This document shows, in pieces, positions 1 through 12,257 of a stretch of 64,000 nt of DNA. The position numbers were made by a program, and so were the translations under genes. Source of the DNA: Hydrolagus affinis (taxonomy: Eukaryota); NCBI GenBank assembly GCA_012026655.1, contig JAAILG010000028.1:124001-188000 (forward strand). Reading direction: 5' to 3'. How positions within the stretch are numbered: the first letter of the stretch is position 1; each line of letters begins with the position of its first letter. The notes beneath the pieces were generated by a model. It made no database searches and was not told where the DNA came from. It saw nothing but the letters and a program-made list of their open reading frames with translations.

Positions 1-103
1 ACAGAAATTCAACCTGATATTTCAATATTAAAGCTGAGCAAATTTGTCAAGATTCGTTTAAACGCGACAGCCACCCCGCCAACAATTAAAATGATGCCAA
101 ATA

Positions 104-395
104 GTAATAATAATCCTTGCATTTGATCCACAGCGTCGAAAGCTCTCAAAAAGGCTTTGCTCGTAATTGCGGTAAAGTGCAGCGCTGTCTGTTTTGTAGA
201 CGAACGTGATAACCTATTTGCACGCAGCAATGTCCCACAAACAGCCATGAGGTGAATGGCTAATTTTATCTGTGACATAGTTGACTAGGACTCCGGGAGA
301 GATTCTCTTCCGTTTCCGACTCGTGCCATGGAATCTTTCACATCTCCCTGAGGGGGGCACACATAGAAACTTGGTTTAATGCCTCAACTGACTGA
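104..395 (-). mobile_element. Old Deu-domain SINE (family C), 3' two-thirds
   Basis: Reverse tail 'taataataatccttgcatttga', then 'gcaatgtcccacaaacagcc' and the Deu core 'gtgccatggaatctttcacatc...ttggtttaatgcctca'. Confidence 0.7.
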
Positions 396-879
396 TCGCA
401 GTCTGATAGAGAACCACATTTGCCTATCAATACAGTACTACTTTACAGAAATCTTGTGAGGGCGTGGAACAGTTCCATGTTACTAGACACCTTCTCAAAT
501 GCAAGGATTTAATGTTCAATTACAAAGCCGACTATCGCAGGCTCTGCAGTTGCTTAGATACAACATTTACACTTCTATCTGGGTACCAAAAGTTCAATGT
601 TTTATTCCACTGAGTGTGGGCCATTGAGAATACTTGTGTCAGGCTAGCTGTCCATAGCCTCACAAACCATTGCTCCCTATTTGTTTCAAAGTGACGAGTG
701 CAATTAAATAAAAGACGTAATGATCATCCTTTAAAATGTTTGACAATAAGTGAATTTGCAGATGGCCTTTGCTTTTATTCCAGTTTTGAAATTGATGTGA
801 CCTTTTCTCATCTATACCAAACAATGACAAGCTGACCTGTCTACAGAAGCATTACACTGTGTCTCAATAGTTTTCTCTT

Positions 880-1018
880 TGACTACGCTTTAGATCATCT
901 TTGCTCCACCTCCAACCCCTCAACTCCCACTCCCCCAGCTCGCTTGTCAAACCTGGACTGTCCAACCCCCTGAGATATGCTTCCCAACGTGAAAGGAACT
1001 ATATAAATGTTGTTATTC
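880..1018 (+). mobile_element. Degraded L2 LINE 3' end
   Basis: C-rich segment followed by the tail 'cccaacgtgaaaggaactatataaatgttgtt'. Confidence 0.45.
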
Positions 1019-2289
1019 TATATTTGTGTATATCCTGCGCCTCTCACTCAATGTTGAACCAGTATGTCCCTTACTTGAAACACATCTGTTAAGCATGAAA
1101 TTATTTGATAAGAGGAATGGAATTTTTTTCTACATATACCTCAGTCAGTAACAATCCATTGGGACAACGCATGCTGTATGTAATATGTAATATTACCACT
1201 GATATAACTTGTGGTAATAAGTTGCAATTCAATGTTAGGAGTAAAAACATAGCAGTTTCTAGGCGTGTGCCAAATCCACGCAGTCACTATAATTGTCAAT
1301 AATAATCGACAAGATGTGAAGCATCTTGAGAGGTTCTAAGCTATAAATACTGAATCAATTGTAAGGATTATAATTCAGATTTCTCTATTTGATTTATTTT
1401 GTATTATACTTAAGAATCTAAAACCTTGGTTAACTTCGATCACTGTATCCCATCCTCGCGATATTCAATGCCACATTATTTTTTGGCCTTTAAAGTTCCC
1501 GTGTTTCTAGTTTTTTTCTCTCTCGTTGTTTCAGTCAGGGACTGTTATGCCACGTCTCGAATTCCATATTACGTACCAGCCGGAAACATCAGAATGTCTG
1601 TTCCATTGATTTTGGATCAATAAATATCAAGTAACATTTGCAAGCAGCTACCATTTAATTAGTCATCTCGTTGCTCTAAAGAACACTTACACAGTAACCA
1701 TATGGCCAAAAGATTGGCCTTGGATATAGAAAGGCCATCCACAGATATCTTGACCTTACTAATAAAATATTCAGCAATGTCTCTGTGCCTTTTGGGAGCC
1801 ACACAACAAACAGACTTCAGTGAGGAGGAGTGGATTATAGAAAGGGAGCTCTGTATATTTACTGGAGAGAGAGGAATAATTTATTCACATTCCATAAGAA
1901 AACTGGGCTCAAATTCCAGTTGGTGTTATGCTTAGAGTGATGCTAAGGAAATTTCCATCCTATGACAAAATGGGCATCAACAAAAGTATCGCAAGTAATT
2001 TTGACCGACTGGAATTTCAGCCTTCCCAATAGCAAAGTCTGTTTCAGTGAGGGATGCAAGTCAGTGCCAATCAATCAGCTGTCTTCATATTTTTTCTGCC
2101 TCTAATCGATTAAATGCATTTGCGATGAACCTTTTTTTGCTGCTTCTTTTTTGTTCCAGTCCAGTTGACCTTCCGAAGAAAGATTCAACATTTAGTGTCA
2201 CTATTCCAGGGCGCTGGAATCTCAGGAAGATTCATTGGATTTCTCTGTGTCAATGGCAGAACATTCCCAATGTTAATAATAATAATTAT

Positions 2290-2398
2290 TATTAATAATC
2301 TTTCAGTTGATATAGCACCCTTCACATTGGGAGTACACCTCAAATTTTTCACTGTACAGGATTCACTGCAAAGTGTAATGCCAGTGTATTTGTAGGCT
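2290..2398 (-). mobile_element. SINE 3' tail fragment
   Basis: 'taataatctttcagttgatatagcacccttcacat' matches the reverse SINE tail. Confidence 0.55.
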
Positions 2399-2449
2399 TA
2401 ATGCTTGTATTTCAAAGTATTAAAATTTAGTAATATATATTTTGTCTAC

Positions 2450-2590
2450 AATAATAATAATTCTTGGATTTGATATAGATATATAGATATATATTTGATA
2501 TAGATATAGTTGAGACATCTTTGAGATGTCTCAACTAGCTTCACAGAATATTCTGTTAAGTGAATTGATTGTAAATTGTGTGGGTGGAAT
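2450..2590 (-). mobile_element. SINE 3' tail fragment, locally rearranged
   Basis: 'ataataataattcttggatttgatatag...cttcacagaatattctgttaagtgaattgattgt'. Confidence 0.65.
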
Positions 2591-3382
2591 GGAAAATATA
2601 CTGTAAAATATCCAGGTAGCATTATTATTGTCGACTGGGAAATGAGTTATCAATCGTTCTATGATAAGGAGTAAGATGTATGAAGTGCTTTCTGAGCTCT
2701 TGGGAAAATCGCAGCTTCTAATATTTCACAGATGGATTCCACACTTCGTGGGGTTGAAAAACAGAGGCTGTCAAATCTTTTTTTCTTCCTCCTGAACTAT
2801 TTGTGCAGTAGGGAAGTTGTTGAGGAAAGGAAGATTTAGTAAAGAATATTAAAGAGAAGCTGACTTTGTGCATCGTACAAAGAACTATTGTTTGCAAATT
2901 AACACTCTTAAACCAAATACACAATTTGTGATTCTGAAATTGACCCAATTGCATGTTTTCTTATTGTATTTGATGCACCGTTGATTTTCGCTGAACATTA
3001 TTCTGCAATCTGAATGGAGTCACAATACTTCAGTCTGTAAGAATTGACTCGTGTTGCAGTATCCATAATTTCAAGAGACATTCGGAGTCCGAAGAGAGAG
3101 ACTGCATGAATCCAGTCAGTAGATAAATGGGTAATTATAAGATCTTGGTATACACCAACAACACAGTGCACAATTTCCATATCATGTGGGACAAGGCCTG
3201 CTGATAGGCACAGCTGTTAAAAAGATCATTAAAAAGGCAACAAAATTAAACCATAAGTATCCAAGATACAAACTGTTTCAATTATCTGCCCTTTGCTAAT
3301 TTTGTACTTGTTTGATGGGAGTGAACGTTAATTGTATGTGTCAGCCTGGCTCAGTTGGTAACACTCTAGTGCCCGAGTCAGA

Positions 3383-3662
3383 ATAATAATAATATTCCTT
3401 GAATTTGATATAGCGCTTTTCACATCTTCTGGTCGTCTCAAAGCACTTCACAGAATATACTGTAAAGTGAATTGACTGTATATTTGTGGGCGAAACGATA
3501 CAGCCAGTTGCACACAGCAGACCAATTTTACTGTTGTTTTATTTTCGAGGTATTATTATTAGGAGTGTGGAGTAAGGAAACTTGCCCAAGGTTTCGCCCT
3601 GATCTGCCTGGATTCGAACACAGGTCTCATGCTTGTAAAGCGAGTGCTCTAACCACTGAACC
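3383..3662 (-). mobile_element. Family A tRNA-derived SINE, near full length
   Basis: Reverse-strand A box ('ctctaaccactga'), B box ('ggattcgaac'), 'ggaaacttgcccaagg' and (aat)n tail; closely matches the copies at 37585 and 54978. Confidence 0.9.
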
Positions 3663-3754
3663 TTCCGCTGAAGGTAGTGAGCGTGACAATGCGACTCATT
3701 ATATATCGTCACGATGCTGGTTGAGCCTCCGATCCAGTCATGTTGTGAGCACTG

Positions 3755-3825
3755 CATTGTTTAAACGCTCCGAGACGTTGTCCAGCTTGAAGGATGCTGA
3801 ATAAATTTAAGTTGTTGCTGCTGTT
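3755..3825 (+). mobile_element. L2-type 3' tail
   Basis: 'aaacgctccgagacgttgtccagcttgaaggatgctgaataaatttaagttgttg' resembles the L2 ends at about 10330-10379 and 62550-62613. Confidence 0.55.
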
Positions 3826-4821
3826 ATTGTTGGAGGCACCGACCTTCGGATGAGACCGTGAAACAGAAGTCCCGTCTAACTGTCCTGGCGGACGTTAAAG
3901 AACTCCAAGGGAGTATTATAAAAAGATATACTGTAGACGTTTTCGGTTAGCCAACACACGCAGGAACTCACAGGACCCACAGAAATGTGGGTCAGTGATG
4001 GGTTTCACTTTGCTACCTCATCCCCTCCACAAATAAGGCATTATTGGTAGTTAAATGAGTATGGTTTAGATTACCGATCTTTTTACTGGGGGAATTTTTT
4101 AAATTTTTTTCGCAAAGCAACATAAGTAGAGAAAGCATGCTCACAGTTGTACTGTCGGCTTGATTTTGAATGTGTGTGGGCTGGGCAGATAACACTGCTG
4201 CAGATTCTCAGCCACCTGCAGCCTGACCCCATTTCTCAGGCAGTGTTAGCTTAGTAACGGAGCCAACACACTCACTACCGAGCCTGTCACTCTATCCTGC
4301 CTCGAGTCGGATTACAGATGTTGCGAGATGTTGACTGGGAAAAAAAAAGCGTGAAACATTTATTGTGAAAGTAAAAGTTAAAACAAAATTAGAACTCAAA
4401 TATTGAACTGGGGCTATTTCATCTGTGGTCAATTTGACATTTTTAGAAGACAGCTCAGTCTTGCTGCCACGTGCTATTTATTTTTCCTAAGTTTTCCACT
4501 TTCTTTTTTTACACTGACTTTCCTTTTTTTAAAAAAAAACCTGCAGTCCTGAAAAAGAAACTTGGATGCTTAGCCGATTAGAACGTAATTCACGAAATTG
4601 CAGATTCAGTGCTCTTGCGAAAGATGGAATAGCTCTATAGCTAAGGAAAAGGAAGAATTTTATTGATTGTGACAATGGTTATGAAATGCCATATGAATTC
4701 TGCCTTAAGCAATGCTAACTTTAATTAAAACTGTGGTCAGGGAGTTCTATAAATAGGAGACCACACTGGCTTACCTCTCTTCGCAACTATTCAGAGAGGT
4801 AATGAATATATATAGGATTAT

Positions 4822-5099
4822 GGAGTCTTGTAGCTCAGTGGTTAGAGAACTCATCTCACAAGGGGAGACCTGGGTTTGATTCTAGTCAGGATAAAACCTT
4901 GGGCAAGCATCCTTACTCCACACTTCTAATAATAATCCCTAAAACAAAACAGTCGATGACTGGGACACTGCTGTGCACAATTGGCTGCCATGTTTCACTC
5001 ATAAATATCAATTCATTTTGCAGTATATTTTATGAAGCGCTTTGAGACATCTAGAAGACATGAAAAGCACTACATGAAATGCAATGAATCATTATTATT
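4822..5099 (+). mobile_element. Family A tRNA-derived SINE, full length
   Basis: Starts 'ggagtcttgtagctcagtggttagag'; has 'ccttgggcaag', Deu-type 3' part 'gggacactgctgtgcacaattggctgcc' and (att)n end. Confidence 0.9.
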
Positions 5100-5185
5100 T
5101 ATATCAACAACAAATTACATTTCTACATGTAAATTCCATATATATTATCTAGGTGCAATAAATTCCCCTGACTCTGGCGAATACA

Positions 5186-5355
5186 GTCCTGGCCAACAAT
5201 CTCCCTGATAAAATTAATCTTTTTCTTTGTGGTTGTTTGCGAAATGTTGCTGTCGCCTTTTCTTATCCAATGCACACTTCACTATAGAGGTCACAGTAAA
5301 TCCTATGATGTGCGTTGAGATGATTCAGCAATGTGAAAAGCCACTGTATCAAATA
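5186..5355 (+). mobile_element. Family C Deu-SINE 3' fragment
   Basis: 'gtcctggccaacaatctccc...gtgaaaagccactgtatcaaat'. Confidence 0.55.
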
Positions 5356-5526
5356 GATCCTCGAGGAAAATGACAAGATTAGAAAAATTTCAATTAAAGT
5401 ATCTCAGACTGGAGATGAGGGTCAACCATGAGATCCCATCCTCCCCCCATCAACATCATGTAAAATAATTCATCATTAGATAAGCACGTTTGCTAAAGTC
5501 TTTAGCAGCATAGTCGTTACTACCAT

Positions 5527-5604
5527 AGGAAAGGCTATTTAGTCCATCAAAGCCAATTCCAGCACTGGGAAAAATTGGCTTGGATGGACTAAATGAACTT
5601 TCCT
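5527..5604. repeat. Imperfect inverted repeat (32-bp arms) made of two opposed CR1-type 3' tails
   Basis: Arm 5527-5558 'aggaaaggctatttagtccatcaaagccaatt' versus arm 5573-5604 'aattggcttggatggactaaatgaactttcct': 28 of 32 positions complementary. Confidence 0.8.
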
Positions 5605-6209
5605 TACTCCATATCTTCTTAAGCTTATATCTACTCTTTGTATCATTGCAACACAATTCATCTGTGGATGTACATTGAATGAATTATTAGTTTTCAGAAC
5701 CAACCCATTCTATCCAGCCTTGTTTATAGATTCAAATTACAGGTCCATTGATTCCTTTCTTGTAACCAGAAGTAGCTTGGTTTAGATTCGGATAATTAAA
5801 ATCCCAGACTGGAGGAAATGGATTCAATCGGATAATGACTGATCACTTGGAAGATATCAATTGGAAATAAATGTTCCTCTCACTTGGAGATTCTCTTAAA
5901 GGGGAATGTATTCATGAAAATGTGTTTAGCAAAACTGCGCTATTGTATTTGAGCTTCCAAACTGTGGCTTGATTTCTCAGAGCTGGCATTGGATTTCAAG
6001 CTGTATCGCTTCAAAGTGAAACACCAAAGGTTTAATTATTCATTGCCAATCTAGCACTGCGCCGCATTGATTTGCGCAAAGAAAATTCATGTTTTAAAGA
6101 ACAAGCAATTTTAGCGAGGAAGCCATTGCAAACATTCACGCAATTCGCTCTCCACTTCTTTCAAACCACCAAATTCTTCTCTTTCCTTGAAAGTATCATT
6201 TTGTCAGGA

Positions 6210-6528
6210 TGCAATTCAAGATCCTGGTTCTCACCTACAAAGCCCTGAATGGCCTTGCTCCCCAGTACCTCTGCCTGCCCATGCATCCTTCAACCATTCT
6301 GCTACCACCCTCTGGAACTCCATCCTGCAGTCCCTCTGCCACACCTTATCCCACTTCTCTTTAAAGACCCATCTCAAGGCCTTCCTCTTTGACCATGCTT
6401 CCAATCAAGCTCCTTCCCTCCGTCTGCCCTGCATCCTCCCCAATCACTAACCCCACCTCGGATTTGGAATGCTGTCTGTCTTGACGTGAAAGGTGCCACA
6501 CAAATGTACTTGTATTGTTGCTGTTGTT
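6210..6528 (+). mobile_element. L2 LINE 3' fragment (decayed ORF2 C-terminus plus tail)
   Basis: Encodes FKILVLTYKALNGLAP and, in another frame, SATTLWNS...LKTHLKAFLFDHA; tail 'gacgtgaaaggtgcc...ttgttg'. Confidence 0.85.
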
Positions 6529-6619
6529 AATGGAGTGAAAAGCAATTCCTTTGGGTTAACAACAATTGAAAACTGATGGGATACATTTGCTGCATCTTAT
6601 GCCGCATGGTTGCCCGTAG

Positions 6620-6770
6620 GACATTCACTTCACAGCTGTTTGTAGGACATCGCTGTGTGGAAATTGGCTGCCAGACTCACCAAATCCTGCCTCTTCACTC
6701 CATTTTACAGTTAATTCCTGTGCAGAACTTTGTGACATTTTGACAGTGGGTTAAGGTGCTAAATCAAGGC
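6620..6770 (+). mobile_element. Deu-type SINE 3' fragment
   Basis: 'gctgtttgtaggacatcgctgtgtggaaattggctgcc'. Confidence 0.55.
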
Positions 6771-7329
6771 TGAGAAGTTCGATTGTACTGCTTAAAATAA
6801 CATTTCAGGGAGTTCAACGTAATCCTATCTGCTGCAAAATGAGTATGGAAAATGGCCATCGAAAGTCAATGATACACTAATTCTGATGGCCAGTCATCAT
6901 ATTTTGTCTAGACTTCTCATTGCAGTAAATCAGACTCTGTCCATCTCAAGGGCTGATTATTCCTCAGTCATGCAGAATAAGCACCTTCTTTATTGCTTAT
7001 TGCTTATGCCAGCTTGTTCCTGGAATGCAAATAAATTAGTTTGCTTGGAAACCTCAAGCTTCACGTCAGCACACACGAAAGTCTCCGGTAAATGAGAAAG
7101 CGATAGGTCAGACAGAGTATTAGCACAGCCGGTGATGTATTGAGCCAAATCGTGGCTCCGCGTAAGTCTTTCTCAGTGTTTCAGGGTATCTAAGCTGTGT
7201 GACTGTAGCTAGCTATAACAATTATTATACCTTGAGCACTGGTTGTAACTGGGAGCTCTGGACTACAAAATACACAATCACTTCACTTTTCAGACGTTCC
7301 TTGTGAATTATTCAAGACCACATTATTAC

Positions 7330-7790
7330 TCAGACAATTTGTTCATCTCAGTCTATCACCATCTGTTCCTGACCACCTATTTCTCAAGGTATTTTAGAAG
7401 CAGGTACTCGGAAAGAAATGAATGTTCTCATCCACTAGCTTTCTGCTTGCAGTTTAAGTCGAATAACCCGATTGTATTATGTATATATGTCTCCAGTCAT
7501 TTTAATCATATGCCCCCTCAATCTTATTTAGCCTAATGAACACAAATTTACCACTTAGAGCTCTTAAATCTCCAAATCATCACTCTCACTCTTTTCTGAT
7601 TCCCCTCCAATGCATCAATGTCCTCTTGAATGCAGGGTGTCAAATAAGAACACAATATAGTACTTCTGAATGTAGCCTCACCACTGATCAATAACAGCAT
7701 AGAATAGCTTTCTCTTCTTAATATGAAATGCCCTTGAGTCGCAGACCAAAGCTGTAACAGGTTGTCTGGCTCCCAAAGGATTGAACTAAG
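7330..7790 (-). mobile_element. Decayed CR1 LINE ORF2 segment (post-RT)
   Basis: Minus-strand translation KGISY*EEKAILCCY*SVVRLHSEVLYCVLI*HPAFKR..DIDALEGNQKR..RLRGHMIK parallels CR1 'RGIxYKSKEVILxLYxxLVRPHLEYCVQFWSP..DIxxLERVQRR..RLRGDMI'. Confidence 0.75.
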
Positions 7791-7854
7791 TTGATTTTAG
7801 TTTATTCTAATAATAATAATAATAATTGTCGCATTCATAAAGTTGCTTTTATGT

Positions 7855-8222
7855 CTAGACTGACACTCCAGTACAGCCCTGGGGTTTGTTGCGTTGTTAT
7901 AGGTGCCATCCTTTGGATGAGGCGTTAAACCAAGTCCCGTCTGTTCGGGTGGATGTTAAAGATCTCATGGGACAATTAGAAAAGAGGAGTGAGTTTCTCC
8001 TGATGTCCTGGCCAACAATCCCCCAAACAAAATCGGTCATTACGTCCTGGCTGTTTGTGGCTTGATGTTCTTGGCTTGTTGAATGTGGCAGCCGATCCGT
8101 AACTTAGGCTGCCACATTCGCCTGCAAAGTAACACTCACAACATTCTGCAGCATATCCTGTAAAGAACTTTGAAACATCTTCAGATGTGAAAGGCGCTAT
8201 GCAGAAATGCAAGGATTATTTT
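7855..8222 (+). mobile_element. Family C Deu-SINE, 5'-truncated
   Basis: Clear Deu core 'ggtgccatcctttggatgaggcgttaaaccaagtcccgtctgttcgggtggatgttaaagatctcatgg'; tail 'gtgaaaggcgctatgcagaaatgcaaggattatt'. Confidence 0.85.
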
Positions 8223-8659
8223 TACAATGAGAAAGTTTCCAATTCTTGAGAAACTGTTTTGCCAGGATATGAAATGGTGGGGTTAAGGACTCGAGGGAAA
8301 GGTGTCCGGAGAAAAAGGAAACAAGATTATTGGAAACGTGCAGATAGATTCAGAGAACATCCATTCAATAAAGTTTCAGGCAGCTTTTCCGGTATGTTCC
8401 AAGAATTTAGCCTGCCTGAAATTTCCTATATAATTGCTTCGAAGAAGCCATATGGAATCAATCTCTCCTGTAGATCCCAAAGAAAGATGCCAAGTGGTCT
8501 TCAGTATAGTTAATGCAGTTTTCAGCTCGCACCTGACCTAACACTATTCGCAGTGCGTTAATTATAGGAGTCGTTGAAATCCCAGAATGTGAAGAGATCT
8601 AAATTAAAACAGCATTAAAAGATTAATCCTTCCATGAGCCTCTTCCATGGATGATTGTG

Positions 8660-8836
8660 TAATAATAATCCTTGCATTTGATACAGTGCTTTTCACGTCT
8701 TCTAGACATCTCAAAATGCTTCACAGAATAAATTGTAAAGTGAATTGACTGAATATTTGTGGGCGAAACATGGCAGCCAATCGCGCGTAGAAGCGTCCGA
8801 CAAACAGGTGTAGATTGAAATGACCAATTTATTATT
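8660..8836 (-). mobile_element. Family A SINE, 3' half
   Basis: 'aataataatccttgcatttgatacagtgcttttcacgtcttctagacatctcaaa...gattgaaatgaccaattt'. Confidence 0.85.
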
Positions 8837-10089
8837 GATTGACATCTCAGCTGCATCAAAAATTAGAAAATAGTATTTTAGTTTCCGTTTGGTGCTCAGT
8901 TATCTGTCTAGATATCTGTGCAGCAAAGCAATATACATTGTTACTCGAGATGATCCTTCTTCTTATTCTCATGTACATACTCCACAACGTGCTGTAAATT
9001 CCTGATAACTTGTTACTACAAAGGAAAAGGGCTCAGTTACTAATCATCCAGAGAGCATACGTGTAAACACCTTTCACCACAATGTATGCAGTCAATTCGC
9101 TCCACAGAATGTACTGCATAGATGTCTCAAAGACGCGACAAGGCGCCACGTCAAACGAAACTATTATTATTATATAAACAAATGCGGTTTAAACATTGAC
9201 AGCGTGATGGCTTAAGTGATAGTGACAAGTTAAGGCAGGGTTGAGTTAGCGGGAGTTTACTTTGTACTTTGCAGGAGCAACGCAACGTTGAAAGCCCAAC
9301 AAATCCACTGGAAATGATTGTAACACGCTGAAACAATTGACAGCATTCAGAAGAAAATTGTTTAACTTTGGTACCTAAATTAATACGTGGTTAGATTGCA
9401 AATTACAGTCATTCATGACAGCAGGCAAAAATTCAGAGGTACTGAATAAAATTCTCCTCATTACAATAATTGAAACGTCATGTTTTTTGCCTGCGGAATG
9501 CGCCCTCACTGCACCTCACAGTGAGTCCCGTGGAGCGCTGAGAGGCGTCCTCCCGACCGTGAAAGGCGCTGCATCAAATGTAAGGGTTGTGATTGTTCGG
9601 CAGACTGACAAGGCAAGTTGCCAGTCTACAGAACGATCGAGCTGGTTTCAGTCAGGGTCAGGAGCTCGGCAAAACAATGGCTTGAAACGTGGAGCCTTCT
9701 GCACTCGTCGAATGGGGTTGTTGCATCTTTTTAACACGCACTTTGTACGTCAAGCGCAGATGGGTTGCAAGCGGTGATTGATTAGCCCGAGACAAGTAGT
9801 TGCTGTATTGGTTCATGCTGCTCAGGAAAAAAAACAATCAGGTTCATTGGCGGTTGAGTTCCAGTGACCTACCGGAGGGGATTCCATTCGCTACACGTCA
9901 GTTTTTGCACTCAATTGCCAAAGGGCAAACACTTGTGACTTGTGAGCTCGTTTCAAGAGCACTGTAACAGGGGTGTAAAAATGTGGGAGGCATACCATTG
10001 TGATCAGGAGTCACCACATTGTTGGCAGTTCTGACATTCCACCCGCATTCCACCTGGCCCAGATACTGTCAGCAAATAAACATATATTC

Positions 10090-10379
10090 TTTCCACCGGG
10101 TCTGGCCTCCTCCATGTCCCCCTCGAAACCTCCGCTCCACCCTCGGTGGCCATGCCTTCAGCCACTACGCCCCGAGGCTCTGGAACTCTCTTCCTCACTC
10201 CCTTCGCCTCGCCCCTCCCTCCCTCCCCAGTTTCAGATCACAGCTAAAGACCTTTCTCTTCGACCGCGTCTTTGGTCAGCTTTCTACCCCTGCCGCTTGC
10301 TCGGTCCTGGGATCTGTTACTGTGCGCTCTGAGACACCGTCCGGCATGGAGGGCGCTAAATAAATCAAAGTTGTTGTTG
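10090..10379 (+). mobile_element. L2 LINE 3' fragment
   Basis: ORF 10019-10363 contains RSTLGGHAFSHYAPRLWNSLPHSLRLA..FRSQLKTFLFDRVF, the typical L2 ORF2 C-terminus; ends in (ttg)n. Confidence 0.9.
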
Positions 10380-10869
10380 ATATATATATATATAAAACTG
10401 GAAATTGAATGAATTTGCTACGCGACCTTTTGAAAGAAGAATTCCTTGTTCAACCAAAAATCTCTTGGCAAGTATATATTTCAAAACGCCTGTTCTGTGA
10501 GCATTTTCAGCCATTCTGCCCCACCCTGTGGAACCCCATCGCCTTTGGGTTCCTCTACTTTGCCCCATTCCCCTCCCACTTCAACATTCACTTGAACGAG
10601 ATTTGAGATGTTCTCCCAACATTAAAGGGGTTGTGTCAAATGTAAGGATTATTTTCATGTCTATCTTTTCAACTGCATTATCGAACACCTTCCTCTATCC
10701 CCAAAAGCTCTTAATCCGCTCTATGGAGCAACATAAGATGCCCTCCTGACATTAAAGGTGATGTAAAGATGTTAATTTGAATAGATATGGCAATCATTGT
10801 GAATAATAATAATAATCCTTACCTTTAAGATAGCATCTTATCACTGGGACATCTCATTGCATTTCACCG

Positions 10870-10985
10870 AATATAATAGTAATAATCCTTGCATTTGGTA
10901 TAGTGCTTCTCGTGTCTTCTGGACATATATCGTAAAATGGATTGACTGTGTATTTTGCGGGGGAAATGCCCACAAATACAATGAT
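10870..10985 (-). mobile_element. SINE 3' tail fragment
   Basis: 'aataatccttgcatttggtatagtgcttctcgtgtcttctggacat'. Confidence 0.65.
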
Positions 10986-12109
10986 GTGCGTTGAAAGCAT
11001 TTATTGCAAATAAATAATGGTGCGTTTCCCGTGGCCTAATCAGTAATTTACATGGCAAATAGTTACGCTTCAGTCATGCTGTGCAAAGCCAAGTTACTGA
11101 CAATTTTTTTTTTTTTAATTTCCTTGAATTTCCAAATAAATCAAGAGCGAAACTTTTAACGTGTAATCAAAGTGTGAATCGTGCAGTACTCTGGATGCTC
11201 TGGCCATGGTACCCATGAACAGCAGACTTGTAAACTTCTGTCTGGTAGGGCCCATAATATTTTCAGAGTACGCTCTGGTGAGAGCTCGTAACGTTCTCAG
11301 AATCCAATGAGCATTGGCTCTTCTCCAAGTGGCAAGTGAGACCGAGTAGAATTATATTGTGCTATTATAAGACCCGGCATTTTTTGGAGACCCGCCAAGA
11401 TTTTTACAAAAGGATACTTTTTTTTTTCAATTATCGAGGATATAGTTCACAGCGGCTTAAAACAAGTTCCGAAAACCATGAAACTATTAATTTAAGAACG
11501 GGCTACAAATACATGTAATTGGCTAGATTAGCACTAAACAATGGACTATTGAATTTTGATGCCCTGCTTAATTGCTTAGTGCAGTGAACATGTTCCTTCT
11601 GAAGAACGAGGTGTGGGCTGAAGTGGGTAGGAGTGCAGTGTTGGGAAGGGACATTGCTTAATGGCAGAGATATGTGGTGAGAGCTCCAAGTATTTGGTTG
11701 GCTCAATCAGATGTTGACGCACATCAATAACTCCCGTTCGATGTGCGTTCGGGGACTTATTCAGATTGCTAGCAGAGCGATTTGTAGTTTTGATCTAAAA
11801 TAAAATAAAATGCCCCCAAGTTGTGTTTAAGCCATGCAAGGTTTTATGAAGTGATATTGGGTTCATGTGCAATAAATTTGATCCATGAAAACATGGAGAT
11901 AAGTAGATAATAATTATAGATAATATTAATGATCCTTACATTTAATATTGTGCCTCAGAGATATGCCATATACCTATGTTGAGAGTTGTTCCCCAGACAA
12001 GTTAGCTTGGAATGTAGTTGACATTACAATAAGTGGGTGTGCACATTGCGAGCATTTTTTGCATGGCTTTTTGTACGTTCAGACACAACAAAAGTAAGAG
12101 GCTAATCAG

Positions 12110-12245
12110 GGACTGTTCAAAAATTCAAAGGGCAAATTTTGGTCAGGCACCAGGAAGTGTTTCTTCACACAGAAAAGAAACCAACAACTGGAGCAGGAAG
12201 GGTAGCTGAGACCAGGATTCAGTTCATTTTCTTGAAATTAAATAC
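12110..12245 (+). mobile_element. Decayed CR1 ORF2 C-terminal fragment
   Basis: 'caggaagtgtttcttcacacaga...ctgga...ggtagctgag' resembles the CR1 RKxFFTQRV..WN region. Confidence 0.45.
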
Positions 12246-12257
12246 TGTATACCATTT

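Larger units (their letters stand above)
3338..3915 (+). mobile_element. Family C Deu-SINE split by nested insertions (head 3338-3382, body 3830-3915)
   Basis: Head 'gtgtcagcctggctcagttggtaacactct...gagtcaga'; body resumes 'ggaggcaccgaccttcggatgagaccgtgaaacagaagtcccgtct...gacgttaaaga'. Confidence 0.7.
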
